Position numbers and translations under genes: made by a program | Assembly: GCA_036380735.1 (NCBI GenBank) | Contig: DASVEE010000015.1 | Location: 116,409 to 180,408 of the forward strand | DNA from: Thermoanaerobaculia bacterium | GTDB taxonomy: Bacteria; Acidobacteriota; Thermoanaerobaculia; Gp7-AA8 | Direction of reading: 5' to 3' | DNA length: 64,000 nucleotides | Part shown: piece after piece, positions 57,750 to 64,000 of the stretch | How positions within the stretch are numbered: the stretch's first letter is position 1 | How the letters are laid out: every line of letters starts with the position of its first letter | The notes under the pieces: generated by a model | Database searches by the model: none | What the model was told of the DNA's origin: nothing | What the model saw: the letters and a program-made list of their open reading frames with translations, nothing else

Positions 57750-60302
57750 ATGCGCCGCTTGATCCAGTCACTCATCGCACGCGTGACCGAGCTGATTCTC
57801 CGGCGCCCGCGCGCCATCCTGACGGTCGCGCTCGTCGTCGTCGTGATCTCCGCGCTCGTCGCCACCCAGCTCCGGCTCGATCCCGACGTCCTCAACCTCA
57901 TCCCCCACAACAACCGGGAAGTGAACGAGTTCAAGGAGACGCTGCAGGCGACCGGCACGCTCGACTTCCACGTCGTCGTCGTGCAGTTCCCCAAAGGCGC
58001 CGACCCCGCCGCCTACACGCCGCTCCTCGACGACCTCGGCGAGCAGCTCCGCGCCTCGAAGCACATCGAGAGCGTGTCGTGGCAGCTCCCCGACCCGATG
58101 GAGCTCGTCGACAAGATCCTCCCGTACTCGCTCCTCATCCTCACGCCGCAGCAGTTGGAGCAGGTCGCGGCGAAGCTCACCGACGACCAGATCCGCGCCG
58201 CCGTCGAGCGGAACCGCACGCTGCTGCAGACCCCCCAGTCGGCGGTGGTCAAGGACCTCGTGCGCGTCGACCCGTTCAATCTACTGCCCGTCTTCATGGA
58301 CAAGGTGCAGCGCGCGAGCGGCGGCATGAAGATCGATCTGTCGAGCGGCTACTACGTCTCCACCGACCGCACCGCCGCGCTGGTCATCGCCAAGCCGAAG
58401 CACGCCGCGCAGGATCTTCCTTTCAGCCGCCAGGTGATGGACGAGACCGAAGTCATCGCCACAAAAGCGCTGGAGCGCTTCCGCGCCGCGCATCCCGGCG
58501 TCGCACCGCCGAAGGTCGGCTTCACCGGCGGCTACGCCATCGCCGCCTCGGACGAGAAGACGATCCGCCTCGACATGGCGGTCAACAGCGTCACCTCGAT
58601 GCTGGGCGTCCTCCTCCTCTATCTCTACGCCTACCGCCGCCCCTCGGCGCTGCTGTACGCAGCGGGGCCGATGACCGCGGCGATCATCATCACCTTCGCC
58701 ATCGGCGTGCTGGCGTACGGCACGCTCTCTGCCGCCAGCACCGGCTTCGCGGCGCTGCTCGCCGGCCTCGGCGTCGACTTCATGACCGTGCTGTACGAGC
58801 GCTACGTCGACGAGCGCAATCGCGGCGCCGACCTGACCACGGCCGTCCGCACGCTGATGCGCCACGGCCTTCCCGGCGTGATCGTCGGCGCGCTCACCAC
58901 GGCGGCCACGTTCTACGCGTTCCTGGCGACCGACTTCCGCGGCATGACGGAGCTCGGCTTCCTCACGGGCAGCGGCATCCTGGTCTTCCTGCTCTGCGTC
59001 ATCTTCGTGCTCCCGGCGCTGCTGGTGATCGTGGAGCGCCGGCGCGAAGGGAAGCGCCGCCTGCGCGTGCACGCCTTCGGCTCCGGCCACATCGTGCGCT
59101 GGAGCCTGCGCCGCCCGCGGCTGGTGATCGTCACGTGGATCGTCATGGTCGTCATCGGCGCGATCGGCGCGCGCGGCGTCCACTTCAGCGACAGCCTGCA
59201 GAGCCTGCGCGCGACCGGCAACGAGCCCTCGCGTCTGCAGGAGCTGGTGACACAGAAGTTCGGCCAGTCGTTCGGCTTCATGATGTACGCCGTGCGCGGC
59301 AAGACGGCGGCCGAGGCGATCGCGAGGACGGAGAGCGCCATTCCGGACCTCGAGGCGATCGTGAAGAAGGGAACGATCGGCTCGTACCAGTCGGTCAACA
59401 CGTTCCTCCCGAGCGAGACGCAGCAGCGCACCGTCATCACCCGCCTCGGCACTCCGGCCTTCGAGTTCGCCCGCATCGAGCGCACGTTCCGCGAAGCCCT
59501 GGTGGCGAACGGCTTCCGTGCGGACGCGTACGACGACGTGCTGCCGCTCTACGCGCAGGCCGTCGCCCAGCGCGAGCCCGTCACCGTCTCCACGCTGGAG
59601 CGTCTCGGGCTCGCCGAAGCGATCCAGCGCTTCGTGAAGAAGACGCCGAAGGGGGAGTACCTCTCCATCACCTACGTCTATCCGACGAACGGCTCGTGGC
59701 CGCGCTTCCTCCCGCCGGAGCTGGAGGCGTTCCGCAAGAACCATCCGGAAGGGATGCTCACCGGCGTGAACCTGGTGTCGCAGGCGCTGCGCACGATCAC
59801 CACCGCCGACGCGATCCGCGCGTCGATCCTCGGGCTCGCGCTGACGTTCATCCTGCTGTGGGGCGGCTTCCGCTCCTTCACGCGCGCCTGCCTCGTGTTC
59901 CTCCCGTTCGTGGCGGGCCTGGTCTGCATGCTCGGCATCATGGGAACGTTCCACATGGAGTTCAACTTCATGAACATCTTCGTGGGACTGATGCTCGTCG
60001 GCACGGCGACGGATTACGCGGTGTACATGATCCAGCGCTACGACGAGTCGCCCTCACGCTTCCCGCACAACGCGACGGAGACGGGGCGCGCGGTCGTGCT
60101 GGCGGCGCTGATGTCGATGGTGGGCTTCGCGTCGTTCGCGATCTCGCACTACCCGGGCGTGCGCTCGATCGGCATCGCCGCGGTGGCCGGCATCGCCCTG
60201 AGCTGCCTGGCGTCCATCACCCTGCTGCCCGCCCTGCTGGCCACCGGAAAGTTCCGGCATCACAAAGCGTCGATGCTGGGTGAACCGGAACCGAAGTCGT
60301 AG
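57750..60302 (+). CDS. MMPL/RND-superfamily transporter (12 TM, two periplasmic loops)
   Basis: Duplicated 6-TM + large-loop topology. Conserved GxxxD-type motif TATDYAVYMIQRY in TM10. Confidence 0.85.
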   Translation: MRRLIQSLIARVTELILRRPRAILTVALVVVVISALVATQLRLDPDVLNLIPHNNREVNEFKETLQATGTLDFHVVVVQFPKGADPAAYTPLLDDLGEQLRASKHIESVSWQLPDPMELVDKILPYSLLILTPQQLEQVAAKLTDDQIRAAVERNRTLLQTPQSAVVKDLVRVDPFNLLPVFMDKVQRASGGMKIDLSSGYYVSTDRTAALVIAKPKHAAQDLPFSRQVMDETEVIATKALERFRAAHPGVAPPKVGFTGGYAIAASDEKTIRLDMAVNSVTSMLGVLLLYLYAYRRPSALLYAAGPMTAAIIITFAIGVLAYGTLSAASTGFAALLAGLGVDFMTVLYERYVDERNRGADLTTAVRTLMRHGLPGVIVGALTTAATFYAFLATDFRGMTELGFLTGSGILVFLLCVIFVLPALLVIVERRREGKRRLRVHAFGSGHIVRWSLRRPRLVIVTWIVMVVIGAIGARGVHFSDSLQSLRATGNEPSRLQELVTQKFGQSFGFMMYAVRGKTAAEAIARTESAIPDLEAIVKKGTIGSYQSVNTFLPSETQQRTVITRLGTPAFEFARIERTFREALVANGFRADAYDDVLPLYAQAVAQREPVTVSTLERLGLAEAIQRFVKKTPKGEYLSITYVYPTNGSWPRFLPPELEAFRKNHPEGMLTGVNLVSQALRTITTADAIRASILGLALTFILLWGGFRSFTRACLVFLPFVAGLVCMLGIMGTFHMEFNFMNIFVGLMLVGTATDYAVYMIQRYDESPSRFPHNATETGRAVVLAALMSMVGFASFAISHYPGVRSIGIAAVAGIALSCLASITLLPALLATGKFRHHKASMLGEPEPKS

Positions 60303-60409
60303 GGAACGATAGGACGAATAGGACGAATAGGACCTATGGGACGAATAGGACAGAGGCCGCTGCCTTTGTCCCATTCGTCCTATCTGTCCTATTCGTCCTA
60401 TCGTTCCTA
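60301..60409. repeat. 9-bp-unit inverted-repeat element exactly filling a convergent gap
   Basis: ggaacgataggacgaataggacgaataggacctatgggacgaataggac, core agaggccgctgcctt, then tgtcccattcgtcctatctgtcctattcgtcctatcgttcc. The MMPL stop TAG (60300-60302) abuts the left end. The convergent gene's stop (CTA, 60407-60409) forms the right end. Confidence 0.7.
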
Positions 60410-62293
60410 TTCCACCCACGGCCTGGCCTGTTTCACGATCAAGTCACCGCGCTTATCGATCTTGAATTCGATGTCCATGGCGAAGCCGGATTTCGCCGTC
60501 TTGCCGTAGACGCGCAGGAAGTGGGTCTGGATGCGCTCCATGGCGGAGGTCAGGGCGGCGATCTGTTCTTTCGTCATCACCGGCTGGCCCTCCTTCGTCA
60601 ATGAAGAATGGCGGATGTACTGGGTCTCGTACTCGCCCTGCTCGCCGATCGCGGAGATGAGGAACTCGTCGGGCGTGGCGCCTCCCTCCGGGTTGGTGAC
60701 CAGTTCCTCGCCGACCTGCACGTTGACGTAGAAGCCGCGCCACTCGGGGTCGTACGGGTTCTTCGTCACGGCCACGCCGTTGGCGCCTTCGTCGTCGAAG
60801 TTGGGATGCACCAGGACGCCCATCGCGGTGGCGAAATGGTCGATGCGGTAGAACTCGCGCTCCTCGAAAGCGCGGAAGTTCCAGAGGCTGGCCCACACCT
60901 GCTTGACCGTCTTTTCCAGCTTCCCCTCATCGGGCCGATGCGTGAAGGAGTCGTACAGCCCGGCGCCGCTGAAGCCCTCGAGGTCTTCGTTGTTCGTGCT
61001 CGAGCGGCAGCGCAGCGGCGTCTGGGCGGGAAACAGCTCCTGCAGCGCGCGGAGCTGCTTCGCCAGCTCGTCGGGCACGCTCTCCTTCTTGATCCTCTTG
61101 CGGAAGTCGTCGAGCGCCTTCTCGCGCGCGGCCGGATCGGCGGCGAACGACTTCTTCGCCAGCATCTTCTTCGCGCGGTCGTAGAGCCCCGTGCGGCGCA
61201 TGAAGACGTCGTAGAACGCGAGCGGCACCGCGTAGCCGTCCGGCACCGTGCCGGGGGGCAGGATCTTGCGCAGCTCCGCGACGTTCGCCGCCTTGGCGCC
61301 GACCGAGGGGACGTCGGCGTGTCCGAGGCCGTCGAGGTCCCGGATCGTCCGGCGGGTGAGGTCGCGCGGCGGCGTCTGCGCCTTCGGCGGCCGCACCTTC
61401 TCCAGGAACGCATCCGCCTCGGCCTGCGTCGCTTCGGTGAGCTGGAAGTTCTCCGCGGTGACGACGTAGTGCACCACTTTGCCGAGCAGCGGCTGGATGC
61501 GCGCGTCGGTCGACGCGTTCTTCACGTACGCGTTCGGCGTGTCGTTCTGCTTCGCCTTGAGGTTGACGTGCGACAGCGGCGTCTGCGGCATCTCGGTGAT
61601 CACGCCGGCGACGTGACTGAGGTCGTTCGGTAGCGTCTTGAAGAGGACGACGTCGCGGACCGTCGGTGGCCGCTCGCCGGGACGCGCGCCTTCGATGATG
61701 CGCAGTACGCCGTAGCCCTCGCCGAGGTTGAGGGGGCTGTAGGTCACGTTGCCGAACAGCTCTCGCGTATCGATGAGGCGGACGCCGAGCTCCACGAGCT
61801 TCGTCTTCTCTTTCTCCGCGAGCGCCTGCTGCGTGTCGCCGGCCGGGTGATACGCGAGCTGCTTCGCCGCGAACGGCATCGCCGCGCTCACTGCCTTGAA
61901 GGCGAGGGAGACATGCGTCGCATTCACCGGATCGGTCGGCCAGAACTCGAGCGCGTAGAGGCCCTTCGCGCCGTCGGAGGCGACGTACTCGTCGTGGGAG
62001 ATGAGCGACCCCGCGAGGTTCTTGCGCGCATCGCGAAAGTACGTCTCCTGATTGAAGCCGCTGTTGTCGTCCGGGAAGCCGAGCGCGTCGCGCGCGAAAA
62101 AGAAGTGGTACTCGATGTTTTTGGTGTTGATGAAGTAGAGCAGCGGCGAGGCGGTGTCGACGCCGGTCATCAGGAACTTCACTTCCTCGACGCCGAGGGC
62201 GCCGGGGACGTCATCGCGTCGGGCGAGATGCTCGAAGGCAGCACGGTCGGCGACCGCCGTCGCGCCAGCGGAGAGGGGAAGATTGATGGCCAT
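60407..62293 (-). CDS. PEP-utilizing enzyme family protein (mobile His domain followed by PPDK_N/ATP-grasp PEP-pyruvate-binding domain)
   Basis: Mobile-domain-like LFKTLPNDLSHVAGVITEMPQTPLSHVNLKAK. ATP-grasp region SVGAKAANVAEL..SSTNNEDLEGFSGAGLYDS..VQVGEELVTNPEGG..IEFKIDKRGDLIVKQARPW. Confidence 0.65.
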   Translation of the reverse strand: MAINLPLSAGATAVADRAAFEHLARRDDVPGALGVEEVKFLMTGVDTASPLLYFINTKNIEYHFFFARDALGFPDDNSGFNQETYFRDARKNLAGSLISHDEYVASDGAKGLYALEFWPTDPVNATHVSLAFKAVSAAMPFAAKQLAYHPAGDTQQALAEKEKTKLVELGVRLIDTRELFGNVTYSPLNLGEGYGVLRIIEGARPGERPPTVRDVVLFKTLPNDLSHVAGVITEMPQTPLSHVNLKAKQNDTPNAYVKNASTDARIQPLLGKVVHYVVTAENFQLTEATQAEADAFLEKVRPPKAQTPPRDLTRRTIRDLDGLGHADVPSVGAKAANVAELRKILPPGTVPDGYAVPLAFYDVFMRRTGLYDRAKKMLAKKSFAADPAAREKALDDFRKRIKKESVPDELAKQLRALQELFPAQTPLRCRSSTNNEDLEGFSGAGLYDSFTHRPDEGKLEKTVKQVWASLWNFRAFEEREFYRIDHFATAMGVLVHPNFDDEGANGVAVTKNPYDPEWRGFYVNVQVGEELVTNPEGGATPDEFLISAIGEQGEYETQYIRHSSLTKEGQPVMTKEQIAALTSAMERIQTHFLRVYGKTAKSGFAMDIEFKIDKRGDLIVKQARPWVE

Positions 62294-62344
62294 GTGCCGT
62301 CAATATGGAGCGGCGGCGGCGGAAGTGCCACTCCACACCGCCGC

Positions 62345-62445
62345 CCGGTTGTCGGTTTCTGGTTTTCGGTTGTCGGTGCTGCGCTTCGCGATGATCGCCG
62401 TGGAGCGCAAGCACCGAAAACCGAAAACCGACAACCGAAAACCGG
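62345..62445. repeat. Heptad-unit hairpin element (CGGTTTT/CGGTTGT)n
   Basis: Arms ccggttgtcggtttctggttttcggttgtcggtgc and gcaccgaaaaccgaaaaccgacaaccgaaaaccgg, with a ~30-nt loop. Confidence 0.65.
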
Positions 62446-62517
62446 CCGTGCGGGCCGCGGGGCGGTGAAACGCTTCCGCGCTTTCCATCACTACTCCCTC
62501 GTGCAAGGGAGGCAGCC

Positions 62518-62859
62518 ATCGATCGCCGGGTAAAACGCGCTCTGGAGTTTCTGGAGTCTTCGTGGAGGGAGCCTGTCGCCGTGCCGGACCTCGCGGCACG
62601 CGTCGGATTGTCTCCGTCGCGGCTCGAGCATCTTTTCCGCGAGCATACGCGCATCACGATTCGCGACTATCTCCGCGACCGCCGGCTGCGCCATGCCGCG
62701 GCGATGCTCGTGGAGACGGACGAGCGCATTTCGCAGATCTGCTACTCCGCCGGCTTCGGCGATCCGTCGAACTTCAACCACGCCTTCAAGAAGACGTTCG
62801 GGGTGAGTCCAAAACAGTACCGCGACCAGGAACGCGCGGCAGAAAGCACCAACGAATAG
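62518..62859 (+). pseudogene. AraC-family regulator remnant: C-terminal HTH domain only; N-terminal domain replaced by the hairpin element
   Basis: The in-frame translation reads IDRRVKRALEFLESSWREPVAVPDLAARVGLSPSRLEHLF..AFKKTFGVSPKQYR, a typical AraC HTH_18. There is no in-frame ATG/GTG/TTG between the upstream stop (62392) and the GTG at 62581. The hairpin element occupies 62345-62445. Confidence 0.5.
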
Positions 62860-62945
62860 CAGGAACTACCAATTACGAACGGGTGACCGCGCGCGAGAAT
62901 CGTCGTTCGCTCCATCCATAACGAAATCACACGCGGAGGTGGTGA

Positions 62946-63377
62946 ATGACGGTGATCAAAACCGCGGTCGACGTGCAGGTCAGCGACGGCCCGCGGATCA
63001 ATTTCAAGAATCAGCTCGAGGTCGACGCCTACGACCGGATCGACGTCTCGGTCCCCAGCGACAACACGCCGGTGAACGCCGAGGTGCAGCCGGGCAGCAC
63101 CGTCACGTTTCTGCTGATCCGCTCCAGCGTGTCCAACGACCTGGTGACGCTGAAGAACGGGACGGCGCAGATCAGCCTGGCCAGCCCGATCGTGCTGGCC
63201 GGCGGCGGCGTCGGGCTGCTCGCCGCTCCGGCGAAGACGCTGACGTTCACGAACGACTCCGGCACGGACGCGAAGATCACGGTGCTCGTCGGCCGCGACG
63301 CGACGCCTCCGCCGCAGCCTCCGCAACCGCCCCCGCCGCCGCCCCCGCCGCAGGACGGAGAAGAAGACAACCCTTAG
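62946..63377 (+). CDS. Hypothetical beta-rich protein with a poly-Pro/Gln acidic tail; first gene of the putative contractile-injection-system locus
   Basis: RBS ggagg. No known tube/sheath motifs. C-terminal PPPQPPQPPPPPPPPQDGEEDNP. It sits 60 bp upstream of the sheath gene. Confidence 0.5.
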   Translation: MTVIKTAVDVQVSDGPRINFKNQLEVDAYDRIDVSVPSDNTPVNAEVQPGSTVTFLLIRSSVSNDLVTLKNGTAQISLASPIVLAGGGVGLLAAPAKTLTFTNDSGTDAKITVLVGRDATPPPQPPQPPPPPPPPQDGEEDNP

Positions 63378-63436
63378 GACGCCAGAGGAGCCAGCAAGAT
63401 CCGCTGCAGCCGTAAGGAGAGAGGAGAACTCGCATC

Positions 63437-64000
63437 ATGCCCACTCCGTTGACCTATCCAGGCGTCTACATCGAAGAAGTGCCCAGCGGCGTACGCACGA
63501 TCACCGGCGTCGCCACATCCATCACCGCGTTCATCGGCCGCGCGCTCCGCGGCCCGGTCGACAAGCCGGTGCGCATCCAGAGCTACGCCGATTTCGAGCG
63601 CGCCTTCGGCGGCCTCTGGGAAGAGAGCACGATGAGCTACGCCGTGCAGCAGTACTTTCTGAACGACGGCGTCGACGCCGTCATCGCGCGCGTCCATCGC
63701 GGCGGCACGGTCTCGGTCATCGAGCTCGACACCGCGGTGCCGGCGGAGAAAGTGGTTCTCGAATCGGCGAATCCGGGACACTGGGGGCGCGACCTGCGTG
63801 CTCGCGTCGACCACACGACGAAAGAAGACCCGGACGACACCACGCTCTTCAACCTGATCATCGAGGAGATGGACGGCAACGTCGTCGCGCGCACCGAGAC
63901 GTTCCGCAACGTCTCGGCGCTACCGGCCTCGCCGCGCTTCCTCATCGAGGTGCTGAAGCAGCAGTCGCAGCTCGTCCGCGCCACCGCCGTCCCGGGGCAA
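63437..64000 (+). CDS. Contractile tail sheath protein (phage-tail-like / eCIS sheath), 3' partial
   Basis: RBS aaggagagagg. N-terminus MPTPLTYPGVYIEEVPSGVRTITGVATSITAFIGRALRGP is the hallmark sheath N-terminal motif (PGVYIEE..I.GV.TS..AFIG). The ORF runs off the window end. Confidence 0.8.
   Translation, partial: MPTPLTYPGVYIEEVPSGVRTITGVATSITAFIGRALRGPVDKPVRIQSYADFERAFGGLWEESTMSYAVQQYFLNDGVDAVIARVHRGGTVSVIELDTAVPAEKVVLESANPGHWGRDLRARVDHTTKEDPDDTTLFNLIIEEMDGNVVARTETFRNVSALPASPRFLIEVLKQQSQLVRATAVPGQ

Noticed and set aside
6066-60409. CRISPR array interpretation of the 9-bp tandem units.
   Set aside because: The units are contiguous 9-mers with no spacers. The arrays occur as inverted pairs at many loci. 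No cas genes are present.

Overview
This is a gene-dense, high-GC (~68-70%) bacterial chromosomal segment. The proteins look like those of a soil Acidobacteriota/Gemmatimonadota-type organism, but that is a guess from protein flavour only. About 55 protein genes can be supported from recognisable motifs.

Main gene content, in order:
- A translationally coupled FHA-domain / Ser-Thr-kinase cluster (5-6068).
- A class A penicillin-binding protein, a secreted M36 (fungalysin-like) metalloprotease, and a YitJ-like bifunctional homocysteine methyltransferase/MTHFR gene with a structured leader.
- An ECF sigma / anti-sigma operon next to a membrane PP2C phosphatase.
- A 1468-aa hybrid sensor kinase.
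- MoaA, a flavin reductase, an esterase, a UDG-family glycosylase, an SPFH protein and a PQQ sugar dehydrogenase.
- An overlapping glycosyltransferase + radical-SAM/SPASM operon.
- A LysR regulator and an EamA transporter.
- Two ~1000-aa paralogous secreted tyrosinases.
- A KdpD(C-terminal)/KdpE-like two-component pair divergent from Kup.
- A REP-associated tyrosine transposase (RAYT) embedded in its REP/BIME cluster.
- An MMPL transporter and a PEP-utilizing enzyme.
- At the far 3' edge, the first gene(s) of a contractile-injection-system (phage-tail-like) locus, with a sheath N-terminus at 63437.

The most striking non-coding feature is an abundant family of inverted-repeat elements (~19 copies, roughly one per 3-4 kb). 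Their arms are tandem arrays of a 9-bp unit (ATGGGACNN / GGGACNNAT), with conserved termini GGGAACGATRGGAC...GTCCYATCGTTCCC. They are inserted within 0-10 bp of stop codons. One locus (39638-40315) has triplicated and recombined the 3' ends of the two flanking genes.

Two further hairpin families have arms built from heptad units: (CGGTTTT/CGGTTGT)n at 3124, 12377 and 62345, and (GAAGGCA)n at 57640. The 62345 copy sits where the N-terminal domain of a truncated AraC-family gene should be.

The many long antisense or overlapping ORFs in the six-frame track are GC-driven artefacts and are not called.
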